Virus record (IMG/VR): IMGVR_UViG_3300037247_000353
Span: 4,417-68,416 of that record
Reading direction: 5' to 3' (one strand)
Origin: a virus
DNA: 64,000 nt
Below the pieces are notes generated by a model that saw nothing but the letters and a program-made list of their open reading frames with translations, did no database searches and was not told the origin of the DNA. Every line of letters starts with the position of its first letter. Within the stretch, counting starts at the first letter, position 1. Below, in pieces: positions 1 through 10,510 of the stretch. The translations under genes were made by a program, and so were the position numbers.

Positions 1-198
1 AATAGGAGCTATCGAACAGATTTTTCAAGTCCGCCAGACACGCTCTTTACAGTCCAAATGAGTTGTGTGGCCGACATGGATGCGTCGGATACGGCGACTG
101 TGGTGGCCATTGTCTCCGGCATGGCGGGGGATACAGCCGATGTTCTCGGCAATGCGACCACCTTGTTAACCCATTTCTCAGGTTGTTTACTTGCATAG
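1..198 (+). CDS. 3' end of tail fibre protein, C1q-like C-terminal domain (5'-partial)
   Basis: Frame 1 open to TAG 196-198: ...VADMDASDTATVVAIVSG...THFSGCLLA*; D-MD-x-x-DT...FSG-x-L ending typical of phage C1q-like tips; not in ORF track. Confidence 0.6.
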   Translation, partial: NRSYRTDFSSPPDTLFTVQMSCVADMDASDTATVVAIVSGMAGDTADVLGNATTLLTHFSGCLLA

Positions 199-215
199 GA
201 GAGAGAGAAAAAAAA

Positions 216-509
216 ATGGCAATATATACGTTCACTATTGGCAACATTACGGTTACAATTAATTTACCAGTTCTTGAAGAATCTATTCTCGCTGATCAAG
301 TGGTTAGTCCGGCAGACTGGATTGAAGGCTTTACTAATCATATTTCGGCTAAGATTGAACGGCATAAGCAAATTATTGTTGATAACGAAATCACAACAGC
401 GCGAAAGTCTGGGAGATTAAACCGACTTTCAGCAACAGACGACGCAATTGTTCAATCTTTGTTTAACCGTCCTGGTTATAAAAATCGTAATCAACGAGAA
501 AATGGCTAG
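216..509 (+). CDS. Hypothetical protein (possible tail fibre chaperone)
   Basis: ATG 216 after AGGAGAG; MAIYTFTIG...; the track's upstream extension (63-215) overlaps the previous gene. Confidence 0.55.
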   Translation: MAIYTFTIGNITVTINLPVLEESILADQVVSPADWIEGFTNHISAKIERHKQIIVDNEITTARKSGRLNRLSATDDAIVQSLFNRPGYKNRNQRENG

Positions 510-547
510 TGCTGAAAGCAACAACTAATTTAAAGGGTCTAAATTAA

Positions 548-1879
548 ATGGTAGATATTTTTCCAGAATTTCCCCCTAGTGACGAACAAAGGCAGCTGGA
601 TATTTTTGGCAACCCAATTAATTTTGATAATACCCAACAAGTAGGAGATCTAGTTGGGAATTTAGTTAATCAACCCTCTTTACCTCCTGGCACTGAAATA
701 GTTCCTGAACTACTTGAACCTGGGAAGGATGAATTTTTACAGCCTGCTCCTGTGTTAGATACAGGATTAGCTGCTACAGCACCAACAGTAACAGCCCCAG
801 GAGTAGAATCACAATTTGATGTGAGTGGTGATGTTAGTGATGTAGTTGCACCAACACTTGATGTTGATGCACAAACTGCTGAAGTCCTTGATCCAAATGC
901 ACAACAAGCAGCTACATTTGAAGCTTCTCTATTAACTCAAGAACAAATTGAAAGTGCGTTGGTTAGCACTGAATTATCTAAGCTTTTGGACTTTGAGGCT
1001 GGCGATGTACCTAAAGAGTTTAAAGGCGCAATACTAGCAGCTACAGCAGCAGCTAATGCTCGTGGACTTGGTTCAAGTACCATAGCAGCAGAAGCTATAG
1101 CGGCAGGACTTGTAAATGCTGCTTTACCAATTGCTCAAGGCAACTCCCAAGTTCGTTTATCTTCTATGTTATCTAATCAAGCAGCAGAAAATGTTGCTAA
1201 ACAATTTAATGCAACTAGTAAGAATCAAGTCCGACAATTCTACGACAGTTTAAAATCACAAATAGATCAATTTAATGCTTCTGAGACAAATAGAATTAAT
1301 TTACAGACAGCATTAAGCCAAGCACAATTTGATATCAATGCTCAGATCACAAATGCACAGAATGATCTTGCTGCTGCAACTACAGAGGCAGAACTATCTG
1401 CTGCTTCTGAGAGACTTGAATCACAATTAGCATTACAGGCAGCTGTACAAAGTGCCCAACTTCTTGCACAAATAGAACAATTTAACACGGGACTTGCAGA
1501 TTCTAGACAACGATTTAATATTGACAACCAATTAATAATTGATCAAAGCAACACCCAATGGCGAAGATTAATTAATACAGAAAATACTGCTGCCACTAAC
1601 GCTGCTAATCAGGCCAATGCTATGAACTTATTAAGTCTTTCTAACTTTGCATTATCTGCATTGTGGCAACAATTTAGGGATGAAGCATTTTGGGCGTGGA
1701 CTTCTGGAGAAAATGAAATAGACAGAGCGCATAACCTAGCTATTGCTGCATTTAATAGGCAGACATTGTTTGATCAAATTGATGAACAACAAGAGGCGGA
1801 TTTGTTTGAACAGATTGGACAATTTGCTTTAAATCTTATTGGGAATATTTTTGATGATTCAGAAGAAGAAGAAGAGTAA
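548..1879 (+). CDS. Putative internal virion (ejection) protein
   Basis: 443 aa, Ala/Gln/Asn-rich helical protein with recurring QFN motifs; lies between tail and lysis genes. Confidence 0.6.
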   Translation: MVDIFPEFPPSDEQRQLDIFGNPINFDNTQQVGDLVGNLVNQPSLPPGTEIVPELLEPGKDEFLQPAPVLDTGLAATAPTVTAPGVESQFDVSGDVSDVVAPTLDVDAQTAEVLDPNAQQAATFEASLLTQEQIESALVSTELSKLLDFEAGDVPKEFKGAILAATAAANARGLGSSTIAAEAIAAGLVNAALPIAQGNSQVRLSSMLSNQAAENVAKQFNATSKNQVRQFYDSLKSQIDQFNASETNRINLQTALSQAQFDINAQITNAQNDLAAATTEAELSAASERLESQLALQAAVQSAQLLAQIEQFNTGLADSRQRFNIDNQLIIDQSNTQWRRLINTENTAATNAANQANAMNLLSLSNFALSALWQQFRDEAFWAWTSGENEIDRAHNLAIAAFNRQTLFDQIDEQQEADLFEQIGQFALNLIGNIFDDSEEEEE

Positions 1880-1884
1880 TATAT

Positions 1885-2226
1885 ATGTTTGATTTTATTG
1901 GGGATCTTATTGATGATGTTCTATCTATCTTTGGCGTAAGTGGTGGAGACGTTATTAGTGGTCTTATCACAACAGCTAGTGAGTTTATAATAGGCGGTCC
2001 GTCAGGACAACAACGCCAGACTCAGCGTCAACCTGAAAGTAAAATTGCAGGTGGTGTTGCTACTGGGAGAGTACCTCGACCGGATGTTCCTGGCGCTCCG
2101 GGTGTAGCTGATGTAGATGCTTTTCATGCAGAATGGTTAGCAAGAATGCGCAGATTCGCTTCACTAGCAGCAATAGTAGATACTGGTGGGCCTCGAACGC
2201 TTGGCACACAAGCTAGGAGAAACTAA
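1885..2226 (+). CDS. Hypothetical virion-associated protein
   Basis: 113 aa ORF, coupled within the late operon. Confidence 0.5.
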   Translation: MFDFIGDLIDDVLSIFGVSGGDVISGLITTASEFIIGGPSGQQRQTQRQPESKIAGGVATGRVPRPDVPGAPGVADVDAFHAEWLARMRRFASLAAIVDTGGPRTLGTQARRN

Positions 2227-2726
2227 TGGCACATCAACAAGGTTTTGCTTCTAAACCTGAAACCCCTCAACCTCAACAAAATAATCCTCAAATTGATCCT
2301 AAAGCACTTCAACAACCGCGAAAACGCCCAAGTAGATTTAGTGCTCCTGTACCTGGAGAATCTTTAACTTCAACGCCACAAAATATGGTGTTTGAAAAGC
2401 CTCCACAGTTTACTGATCTTGAAACTGCTACAGAATTTATTTGGGAGCAATTAAATAAAAGAGGCAGCATGTTAAAATTATTAGCTATGCTAGATAAACA
2501 AGTACCTGTTGATGGGATTGTCAAAACAATTCTTTTTAGCGGGTTTGCATCTGGTAAATGGACTCCCGATTTAGCTATCCTAATGGCAAAGCCTATTATA
2601 GCAATGGTAATGGCTATTGGTAGAGGTGCAGGGATTAAACTACGAAACAAAACAGAAAAGAAATCTAAAGGACAAAAGGACTTAGAGACTATTATTAACA
2701 TAGATACTGGAAAAGTAAATGGCTAA
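2226..2726 (+). CDS. Conserved phage virion-module protein
   Basis: 166 aa; APVPGESLT...FEKPPQF...GKWTPDLAIL motif recalled from marine podophage late modules. Confidence 0.55.
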   Translation: MAHQQGFASKPETPQPQQNNPQIDPKALQQPRKRPSRFSAPVPGESLTSTPQNMVFEKPPQFTDLETATEFIWEQLNKRGSMLKLLAMLDKQVPVDGIVKTILFSGFASGKWTPDLAILMAKPIIAMVMAIGRGAGIKLRNKTEKKSKGQKDLETIINIDTGKVNG

Positions 2727-3720
2727 TTTTCTTAGAAGCTTTGGAACTGGGTTTTTAAGTGCAGCCAATCAAAGATTTGCTGAAGATCGTAAATTACAAA
2801 TAGCTAATGATGCTGCAAAAGCAAAACTTATTAGGGAAAAGATTTTGCCTGATTTTCAGGCATTAAAGATTAGTGGCCCAAAATCTAAAAAAGATTTGGA
2901 AAACAGTCTATCTATAATTAATCAATTGGGTGGCGCAGGAAGTGGTGTAGCACAAGCGGCAGTAGCTGGTGGATTAATAACTACTGGGGAAGTTCCAGAA
3001 TTTCTACAAAATATACCGTCTGAAGTTAAAGAACGTTTAGCTGCTGATCCTTTTTCGTTTACTCCAGGCCAGACAGGTAAACCGTCTTTAGAAGAGTTTG
3101 CAAGACAACGTGGTGTTTCTGTTAATGATCTTATAAAAGCTGGAATTGATCCTAGTCAATTTCCTGGCACTCCTGGTGTAGCTCCACAAGTTACCAGAGG
3201 TCCAGAGGATCGGGTACAAGGATTTGATATTACACAAGCATTACCTTCACCACAAGAACAACGGGTAGAAAAATTAGCAACAGCTTTTGTTGGTAAGGCG
3301 AATATGTTTGCTTCTAATCAAGATTTTAATCAGGCTAAACGGGCGTTTAGACAGGGGGATTTTGAAACAGTTTTAGATTTAACTGCACGTTCACCTAATA
3401 TACAGAATAATATCTTCCTTCCTATTTTAGAACAGATTCTTGAATCTGGTATTGATAGTCTTAATCCCAATCAAATAATACTTTTAGATTTATATAGACA
3501 ACGAGATCCATTAACTCAAATGATGAATATGTTTTTATTACAAAATAAAGATGAATTTGAAATAATGATGAAAGAACTTGTAGCAACTGAAGAAATTACA
3601 GAACCGCCAGGGCCTGATGCTTCTGATGAAGAAAACTTTAGTTGGTGGGAACAGAATATAGCCCCAATACTTAATTGGGCCACAGAAAGATGGAATAAAA
3701 TACGTGGACGTAAACAATAA
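2719..3720 (+). CDS. Putative internal virion protein
   Basis: 333 aa; amphipathic N-terminus (FLRSFGTGFLSA); coupled to neighbours. Confidence 0.5.
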   Translation: MANFLRSFGTGFLSAANQRFAEDRKLQIANDAAKAKLIREKILPDFQALKISGPKSKKDLENSLSIINQLGGAGSGVAQAAVAGGLITTGEVPEFLQNIPSEVKERLAADPFSFTPGQTGKPSLEEFARQRGVSVNDLIKAGIDPSQFPGTPGVAPQVTRGPEDRVQGFDITQALPSPQEQRVEKLATAFVGKANMFASNQDFNQAKRAFRQGDFETVLDLTARSPNIQNNIFLPILEQILESGIDSLNPNQIILLDLYRQRDPLTQMMNMFLLQNKDEFEIMMKELVATEEITEPPGPDASDEENFSWWEQNIAPILNWATERWNKIRGRKQ

Positions 3721-6700
3721 TGCCTGATCCCCGGAAACTTGAGGGGGGGCTAGTTCAACCAATTCCCCCTGAACAGTTAGAACCAACTGTTCCTGAATTA
3801 ACTGGTCTAGATCAACTAAGACAATCTCTTCCTGAAGCTATGGCTCGTGGTGTTAGCCAAGGTCTTATAGGCTCTTTTGAAATAGGATTAGAGTCTTTTG
3901 CTTTAGAAATGCGTCAATCTCGTGGTATGACTATAGATTTTGCTAGTCGGGGTAGGGCCGCTGCTGTATTAGATGAAGATGAATTTCAACAATACATTAA
4001 AGATGTTATGGGTAGTCAATTCACAAATGTAAGAAAAAGCCAACTTATTAGGGGGGCTCAAGCATTACGTGAGGGAACAGGAACACCTGAAATATTTGAT
4101 AAAATTCTTTCGCTTGCTCCTAAAGAAGATAATACAGTAACTCGGGCGCAAGCAGCTATGCGTGCTTTCATTAAAGAAAATCTTGACATTGATCCTGAAT
4201 TACAAGAAACTCTTGCTGTTGAAGTTGCTACAGCTGCTGGGACCGGAGTAGCTTTTGTAGCTATGCGATTTATTCCAGGTATAGGTCAAGTATCTATGGG
4301 GACTTTCGCTGCTTTAGTAGGTTCTGGAGAGTCTATTAAACGGGCTGTTGAAGCTGGTGCTTCTAATGAACAACAAGCCAGAGCAGGGCTTCTTGGGGCA
4401 ATGGCCGGTGCAACTAATATAATTCCTATTGAAAGATTATTCAAACCCTTCAAACGTATCAAAGGATTTAAGGGTGCATTATATGCTATAGCACAGAGAA
4501 TGGTCTCTCAAGGACTTCTAGAAGGCTCTCAGGAGGCTGTAGAGGGCTTTATGCAGAATGCTATAGCCAGAGTACATACCTCAGATCAAGATTTATTAGA
4601 GGGTATTGAAAGACAAGGACTAGTAGGCTTTCTTGTAGGAACATTATTCGGTGGTGTTGGGGCTATTCCTCGTTCTCAAGCCGTTACATCTGAATTTATC
4701 CGCAAGGGTCTATTAGGCTATCCTACTGCTACTGATCTAGTCAATCAGCAAACTGGTGAATTTCAATCAGTTCCTGAAATTGTAGGTAATATTCGTATTG
4801 ACAAATTTGATCCTGCTGATATGCAGAATCTTATTAAAGAAAGAATTCAAGTTGCTGGAGTATTATCTAGTACTGCGTTAGATGAGTCTTCAATTACATT
4901 AACAGAGCCTGAGTTTGCAGAAGCCAGACGTGGAGGTAGGGATGTAGAAGGAGCCCTAGTTCCAATAGAACTTATTAACAAATTAGCAGCAGAAATTGGT
5001 GCTGATCCTGCTAAACTTGGGCCTGTATTAGAGAGAGAATTTGGACAGGCTTTAAACGCAGAACAAATAATGGCTCTACGTATTACCGTCGCACAGGCTG
5101 GTAATGACTTTTTTGATAAGGGGGATATTTATAGAAACAATAAAACATCTGAAAATAGAGCACAGGCAGTATTAGCCTTACAGAGATTTGAAGCTATTCT
5201 AGAAACTTTATCTGGTGCAGCCGCAGAAGCTGGACGATCTGTAAGGATATTTAGAGAGCCTGTTTCTGGTGAAGAAAGAGCAAAAGGCATTGAACAAATA
5301 TTAAAATTAGTAGGTACAGATAAATTTGATGCTGCTATGGATATGTTTTCAAGTCTAGAAACACCCGGACAAATAGCTGAACTTATTGAGACAGGGCGAA
5401 TTACTAAAGCTGGACCAATGGATATGCTAGTAGAAGCATATATAAACTCTTTACTTTCTGGTCCTCAGACACATGCTGTTAATATTATATCTAATACCGT
5501 AACAGCAATCGGCTCTGTATTTGAAACAGCAACGTCTGGTATACTAGGTAAAACTGTTTATATTGGTGCTAAAGATAAAGTTTATTTAAGAGAAACTAGT
5601 TCTCGTGCCTATGGAATGATAGCTGGTTTTGGTGACGGTATGGTAGCACTAGGAAAAGTTATTTGGGACGAAAGACGAGCTAGTGAATTATTAAAAACAG
5701 AAGCTCGTTTTAAACGGGCCATTCCCTCATTTAAAGTAGGACCATTTAATTTAGGAGGAAGTACAATTCGTATTCCTACTAGATTGCTTGCTGCGGAAGA
5801 TTCTTTCTTCAAGGCTATTGGATATCGTATGGAACTACAACAATTAGCCAAACATGAAGCTATTGTTCGTGGTCTAAAAGGAGTTGAGCACAGGCAATTT
5901 ATAAGGGACTTTCCAAAAATATTAAAAGAAATGAATAAAGCCGAACAGCTTGCTATTAAAGCGGGAGTCTTAAATAAAAAAGGTCAAGATAAATTTATCA
6001 GAGCTAAATTAGAAGAAGCTGGATTTCCTCTATCACAAGAGCAACTTGATCGTTATCAAGATGTTAATTTACAAGCGATAGAAGCGGCACACTATCAAAC
6101 ATTCACAAAGCAGCTGGGAAGAACTGGTCAGGCCGGTTTAAACTTCCTTAATTCACATCCTGCACTTAAATTTATTGTGCCTTTTGCTCGTACTCCTACA
6201 AACATTGTTAAGTTTGCTGGTGAACGTACACCATTTTCTTTGTTTTCTCCCAGAGTACGGGCAGAACTAATAGGTAGAAATGGGTTTTATGCCTCACAAC
6301 GTCAACAGGGTAAATTAATATTTGGCACAAGTCTTATGACATGGGCAGGTTCCTTGGCAGCACAAGGATTATTAACAGGAAGTGGGCCAGAAGACCCAGA
6401 AGAAAAAGCTAGTTGGTATAACACTGGTGAATGGCAACCAAACTCTGTTAGATTTTGTAAAGATTGTCCTTGGATTTCCCTTAGTCGTGTTGAACCACTC
6501 GGAATTATACTTTTTACGGCGGCAAACTTTCAACAAATAGCCAGCAAACTTCCTGAAACAACTGCTGATGAATTAGCTGTAGCAATATCAGTAGCTATTA
6601 CAGATAACTTAGTTAGTAAAACATGGCTTACTGGGCCTGCGGCATTAGCTCTTGCTATTAACGATCCAAACAGATACGGTAAAGCGTTTATGGAACGTTT

Positions 6701-7355
6701 TGTTGGTTCTTTAGTTGTACCCACAGGGATAGCTCAAATAACCAGAGTTGAAGATCCGGTATTAAGAGAAGTAAATAGTATAATGGATGCAATTAGGCGT
6801 AGACTTCCATGGTCTTCTCCTAATCTTGAACCTAATTACAGATGGGATGGAGAGATTATATCTTTCCAAGGTAGTTTTGGTCCTGACTTAGTATCTCCGT
6901 TATACAAAACGGAAAGACCAGAACAACCTGATGTAGTTAATAGAGAGCTTGTTAGTTTGGGAACAGGAATTAAAAAGCCTACGCCAGAGATTGAGGGAGT
7001 GGATTTATTAGAGCTTCCTGGGGGTGCAAGACTTTATTCTCAATACATTGTAATGGCTGGAAAACCTGCTAAAAAAACTCTTGAGGCTCTTATCACAGTT
7101 ATGCGAAATGGGCCTCAAGGAAATATATGGGATATACAAACTAATGAAGAGAAAGAAAAACGAATTAGAAAAGTTGTAGATAGATTTAGAGACGCGGCTA
7201 AAACAGTAATAATGTTTTCTAACCAAGAGCTTTTTGCAGCAATTACTAAAAAGAAAATAGATAGGGCTACAGCAATTAGAGCAGGAAAACAACTATGGCC
7301 TGACGAAACAGTCAAAGCTATTTTTGGTAGCTCTCCCCCAAAAGGAGAGCAATAA
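3720..7355 (+). CDS. Large internal virion (DNA ejection) protein
   Basis: 1211 aa; LLSGPQTHAVN and FIVPFARTPTNI motifs typical of podophage large core proteins; last gene before the lysis cassette. Confidence 0.7.
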   Translation: MPDPRKLEGGLVQPIPPEQLEPTVPELTGLDQLRQSLPEAMARGVSQGLIGSFEIGLESFALEMRQSRGMTIDFASRGRAAAVLDEDEFQQYIKDVMGSQFTNVRKSQLIRGAQALREGTGTPEIFDKILSLAPKEDNTVTRAQAAMRAFIKENLDIDPELQETLAVEVATAAGTGVAFVAMRFIPGIGQVSMGTFAALVGSGESIKRAVEAGASNEQQARAGLLGAMAGATNIIPIERLFKPFKRIKGFKGALYAIAQRMVSQGLLEGSQEAVEGFMQNAIARVHTSDQDLLEGIERQGLVGFLVGTLFGGVGAIPRSQAVTSEFIRKGLLGYPTATDLVNQQTGEFQSVPEIVGNIRIDKFDPADMQNLIKERIQVAGVLSSTALDESSITLTEPEFAEARRGGRDVEGALVPIELINKLAAEIGADPAKLGPVLEREFGQALNAEQIMALRITVAQAGNDFFDKGDIYRNNKTSENRAQAVLALQRFEAILETLSGAAAEAGRSVRIFREPVSGEERAKGIEQILKLVGTDKFDAAMDMFSSLETPGQIAELIETGRITKAGPMDMLVEAYINSLLSGPQTHAVNIISNTVTAIGSVFETATSGILGKTVYIGAKDKVYLRETSSRAYGMIAGFGDGMVALGKVIWDERRASELLKTEARFKRAIPSFKVGPFNLGGSTIRIPTRLLAAEDSFFKAIGYRMELQQLAKHEAIVRGLKGVEHRQFIRDFPKILKEMNKAEQLAIKAGVLNKKGQDKFIRAKLEEAGFPLSQEQLDRYQDVNLQAIEAAHYQTFTKQLGRTGQAGLNFLNSHPALKFIVPFARTPTNIVKFAGERTPFSLFSPRVRAELIGRNGFYASQRQQGKLIFGTSLMTWAGSLAAQGLLTGSGPEDPEEKASWYNTGEWQPNSVRFCKDCPWISLSRVEPLGIILFTAANFQQIASKLPETTADELAVAISVAITDNLVSKTWLTGPAALALAINDPNRYGKAFMERFVGSLVVPTGIAQITRVEDPVLREVNSIMDAIRRRLPWSSPNLEPNYRWDGEIISFQGSFGPDLVSPLYKTERPEQPDVVNRELVSLGTGIKKPTPEIEGVDLLELPGGARLYSQYIVMAGKPAKKTLEALITVMRNGPQGNIWDIQTNEEKEKRIRKVVDRFRDAAKTVIMFSNQELFAAITKKKIDRATAIRAGKQLWPDETVKAIFGSSPPKGEQ

Positions 7356-7621
7356 TGGAATATACTATCTTCTTAACACTTCTTGAACAATCACCAGGAC
7401 TTATTGGTGTTATAGTAATTGCTTTGGCCTTTATAAAATATATTCAAAAACGTGATGGACTTATGAAAACTCTTACAGATAGTTGTAATTCAGTGCAACA
7501 TGAATCAAACCAAGTAATGCGAGAGACCAAAGAACAACTTGGAAGAAATGCTGAAGTCTTATCTGAAGTATTTCACACTATTAAATATATAAATGAGCAG
7601 AACGGAAATAGGAACCATTAA
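7355..7621 (+). CDS. Putative holin
   Basis: 88 aa, single N-terminal TM segment then coiled tail; directly upstream of the endolysin. Confidence 0.5.
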   Translation: MEYTIFLTLLEQSPGLIGVIVIALAFIKYIQKRDGLMKTLTDSCNSVQHESNQVMRETKEQLGRNAEVLSEVFHTIKYINEQNGNRNH

Positions 7622-7921
7622 ATGATTAAAAGAGGAGTTAATGCTGACGGACTTCAACCCGAAATTCTATTAGCTATTATAGAAGCTCGTGAAATATACA
7701 GAGATTTAAATGCGGAATTAATTATTACAAGTTTACTAGATGGTAAGCATATGCCTGGCTCTTTTCATTACAAAGGGTTGGCTGTTGATTTAAGAACCAG
7801 ACACTTAACTAAAACTGATCGTGCTCTTGTAGCAGCGAGACTTAGGGTAGCACTAGGACCAGAATATGACGTTGTATTAGAAAAGACTCATATGCATGTA
7901 GAATATGATCCAAAGGAATAA
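7622..7921 (+). CDS. Endolysin, peptidase M15 family
   Basis: SFHYKGLAVD (H-x6-D) and HMHVEY zinc ligands. Confidence 0.8.
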   Translation: MIKRGVNADGLQPEILLAIIEAREIYRDLNAELIITSLLDGKHMPGSFHYKGLAVDLRTRHLTKTDRALVAARLRVALGPEYDVVLEKTHMHVEYDPKE

Positions 7922-8627
7922 ATTAATGCTTCCAGTCGTACTTGTTCATGGATATAAATATGATCCAACCGCTACAAATGAAAATAACCCCCATGCTACG
8001 ATCTTCAAAAAATGGAGAAAGCAGCTTAAGGGTTATTCTGTAATCGACTACGGGTGGTTTTCTGTACCACTGACCGTATGTAATATATTTAAATCATGGT
8101 CGAACGGCTGTTACAATACCTATAGATGGGCATGGCGTCTAGCTAAGGAAGAGTCAAATAAACTAGAAGATGTAATAAATGATATAGGAGAATGTAATAT
8201 AATTGCACACTCCCTAGGCACTCGTGTTGCCTTACAGGCGATTAAGAATAAGGCCAATGTTCACACAGCTATCTTTCTAAATGGCGCAGAATATTCTAAC
8301 ACAGCAGCTAACATTGCTGAATTATCACAAACAAATTTTCATAATATGTATGTTAAAACTGATGATGTATTAAGAAAAGTAGGGAGATTTGCTCCCCCAT
8401 TCTTTGGTGATGATATTTTTATTGGGCAGGCAGGGCTTCAAGTTCGTTTAGATAATTGGAAAGATTACCAACTTGATAGCAAAAAAACTCAGCTATGGGG
8501 GAAAAACAAAGGCTATGATTTACGCGGGGATAATCCCGATAGTATAGGGGACCATGGGTATAGTCACACATGGCTACCTAATTGGGAACTGTATAGAGAT
8601 ATATTAACAGAAAAGGGGAGCTTTTAG
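7905..8627 (+). CDS. Alpha/beta hydrolase (esterase/lipase-like)
   Basis: VLVHG, nucleophile elbow AHSLG, DDVL, C-terminal DH; real start may be the second Met (MLPVVLVHG). Confidence 0.75.
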   Translation: MIQRNKLMLPVVLVHGYKYDPTATNENNPHATIFKKWRKQLKGYSVIDYGWFSVPLTVCNIFKSWSNGCYNTYRWAWRLAKEESNKLEDVINDIGECNIIAHSLGTRVALQAIKNKANVHTAIFLNGAEYSNTAANIAELSQTNFHNMYVKTDDVLRKVGRFAPPFFGDDIFIGQAGLQVRLDNWKDYQLDSKKTQLWGKNKGYDLRGDNPDSIGDHGYSHTWLPNWELYRDILTEKGSF

Positions 8628-8634
8628 CTCCCCT
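8611..8634. terminator. Intrinsic terminator between the convergent late and replication arms
   Basis: AGGGGAGCT-TTT-AGCTCCCCT 9-bp stem; A-run on left gives a U-tail on the minus strand; possibly bidirectional. Confidence 0.75.
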
Positions 8635-9078
8635 AATTCATATCCAGCCCGGTTCAGGAATAAAGCATCACCTCCAAATATTTAATAGCTTTATATAAAA
8701 CCATATTTTAATTGGTCCAACATGTAGTTGAATTGCTGGTGCACATAAACAGGGCCAATAAAGTAATGAAAGTCCTAATGAAATACGATAAGGATAAAAT
8801 GTAAAGCCGCCGCCGATCCGACCAATAAAAAAATCTCTTTGTTTTATTTGCAACATAAACTTCTCCTAAGTAGCAAGCATGCGTCTGAGTGTATGACCAG
8901 ACATACCAGAATAATAATGACACCCACAAGTAACTATATATACCTTACAATCATTGCAGCGTTTCTCTGTCCATTCGCAATAAGGAGTTACACAAGAACC
9001 AAAATCACAATAAGTTTCAGAAATATTTTCATGTTTACATTCTCTAACCCCATCCCAAAATTTCATATTACTCATACT

Positions 9079-9576
9079 TCACTCACTAAATGTTAATTGT
9101 TGTCCTATATTTAAGCCCCATGTGAACCATGCAGTAGCAAACCAACTACCGCTACCTTGACCTGATGGGGTCTCAAAGTTAATTCTTTTAGGTAAGAATA
9201 TAACCTCAACGCCATGTTCTCTAAATAGAGCTTGGCGTCTTTTAGTTTCAAATGTAGTTAATGGGAGTAACAGAGCAAAGGGTTTTCCTAGTTTATAACA
9301 CCGTGCAAGGAATTCATTCTTTAAAGAATATGGGGGATTTGTAATAATACAATCAAAGTCTTTACCACAATCCTCAATTAAGAAATCACACCCAACAGTA
9401 ATATCCGTACCAAAACATTCTGTTACAAACTTATAAAGCTCATTAACTAAATTCCCATTCCCACAAGCAGGCTCCCAAATACTCCAGGCCACATCTAGAT
9501 AAGGAATAAGAGGATGTACAGCATGTGCAGGGGTTTGAAAATCATCACTACTCACTACATTCTGAGGAAGTTTCAT
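9079..9576 (-). CDS. DNA N6-adenine methyltransferase-like protein
   Basis: WEPACGNG SAM-binding motif and TNPPY catalytic motif. Confidence 0.8.
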   Translation of the reverse strand: MKLPQNVVSSDDFQTPAHAVHPLIPYLDVAWSIWEPACGNGNLVNELYKFVTECFGTDITVGCDFLIEDCGKDFDCIITNPPYSLKNEFLARCYKLGKPFALLLPLTTFETKRRQALFREHGVEVIFLPKRINFETPSGQGSGSWFATAWFTWGLNIGQQLTFSE

Positions 9577-9929
9577 AGCTTACTCCGTGTGTTAAGAAGA
9601 AAAATTGATCCAATCCAATCAGGTGGTGTAGTTCTAGCAAACACAACAGCCCCTTTTGCATATCTTTTATTCCTTTGTTGGTCCATACTAGCACCAGTAG
9701 TAAATACATCGTCTACAATAAGTACTGGTCCTTCTGTTATATAATCTTTTAATCTATTTGCTAAAAGTAGCCCACCTCTTGGGACACCCTCTACAGAACC
9801 AAATGAACCAACCATATTTGAAACTAACCAAGCTAAACATTCCCAATCTTTGTATGTAAGATTAGCACATTCTATTTTAAATGGTAATGTTAATCCGCTA
9901 TGGGATACAAAATCTTTTAATACAAACAT
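9573..9929 (-). CDS. Type I phosphoribosyltransferase (orotate PRT-like)
   Basis: FVSHSG, GVPRGG, PRPP-binding loop VLIVDDVFTTGAS; start reassigned to ATG 9929 (AGGAAAG upstream). Confidence 0.75.
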   Translation of the reverse strand: MFVLKDFVSHSGLTLPFKIECANLTYKDWECLAWLVSNMVGSFGSVEGVPRGGLLLANRLKDYITEGPVLIVDDVFTTGASMDQQRNKRYAKGAVVFARTTPPDWIGSIFLLNTRSKL

Positions 9930-10291
9930 TTCTTTAATCTTTCCTATAAGGTGACTTAGTTTTAGGTGGATATCGCTCTGCTTCATGCCACCATCGCACA
10001 CACATAGGACTATCAAAATACTCTTCAGGTGGCCCCCAAGTATCAACAACATAGTCTGGCTTTTCTATTATAGTACCATTTGTATGTTCATAGTAATACA
10101 TTACTTCATACTCCTATATTCCCAAAGCCAACTGCCATCAAAACCATCAAAATAGTATCTACCCTTTCTTTCAAAAGTTTCTAACCATCTACAATCACTT
10201 GTAGCCACACGTGTTGGTAACCAAGCAAAATATTTATGCCAGATCTTTTTCGCCTCGTGCCGCTCATGGTGTGATCTTCCACAATTGAATT

Positions 10292-10510
10292 TCATCGCAA
10301 ATAACTCCTCATGGTTTCATTAATACCAAACAAATCTCTAACAACATTACGTATCATACAGGCAATTGCGGGTGTGGCCTCGTATTCATGATTCCATTCA
10401 TCCATTATTATTTGAAAATGTTCAGAATTTATATATTCTAAATCTGTTTGAATATCTCCACTATCCGTTAAGCTAACAGAAAAACTAATTAATTTGGTCA
10501 CGCCCCACAA
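10292..10510 (-). CDS. Hypothetical protein
   Basis: 72 aa ORF overlapping the RNR 3' end. Confidence 0.4.
   Translation of the reverse strand: MWGVTKLISFSVSLTDSGDIQTDLEYINSEHFQIIMDEWNHEYEATPAIACMIRNVVRDLFGINETMRSYLR

Noticed and set aside
63-215. Cys/Gly-rich N-terminal extension of the 148-aa ORF
   Set aside because: Alternate frame of the upstream tail-fibre end; the RBS supports a start at 216.
9930-10052. N-terminal extension of the PRTase ORF
   Set aside because: Overlaps a separate 55-aa ORF (9934-10101, minus); PRTase motifs and RBS start at 9929.
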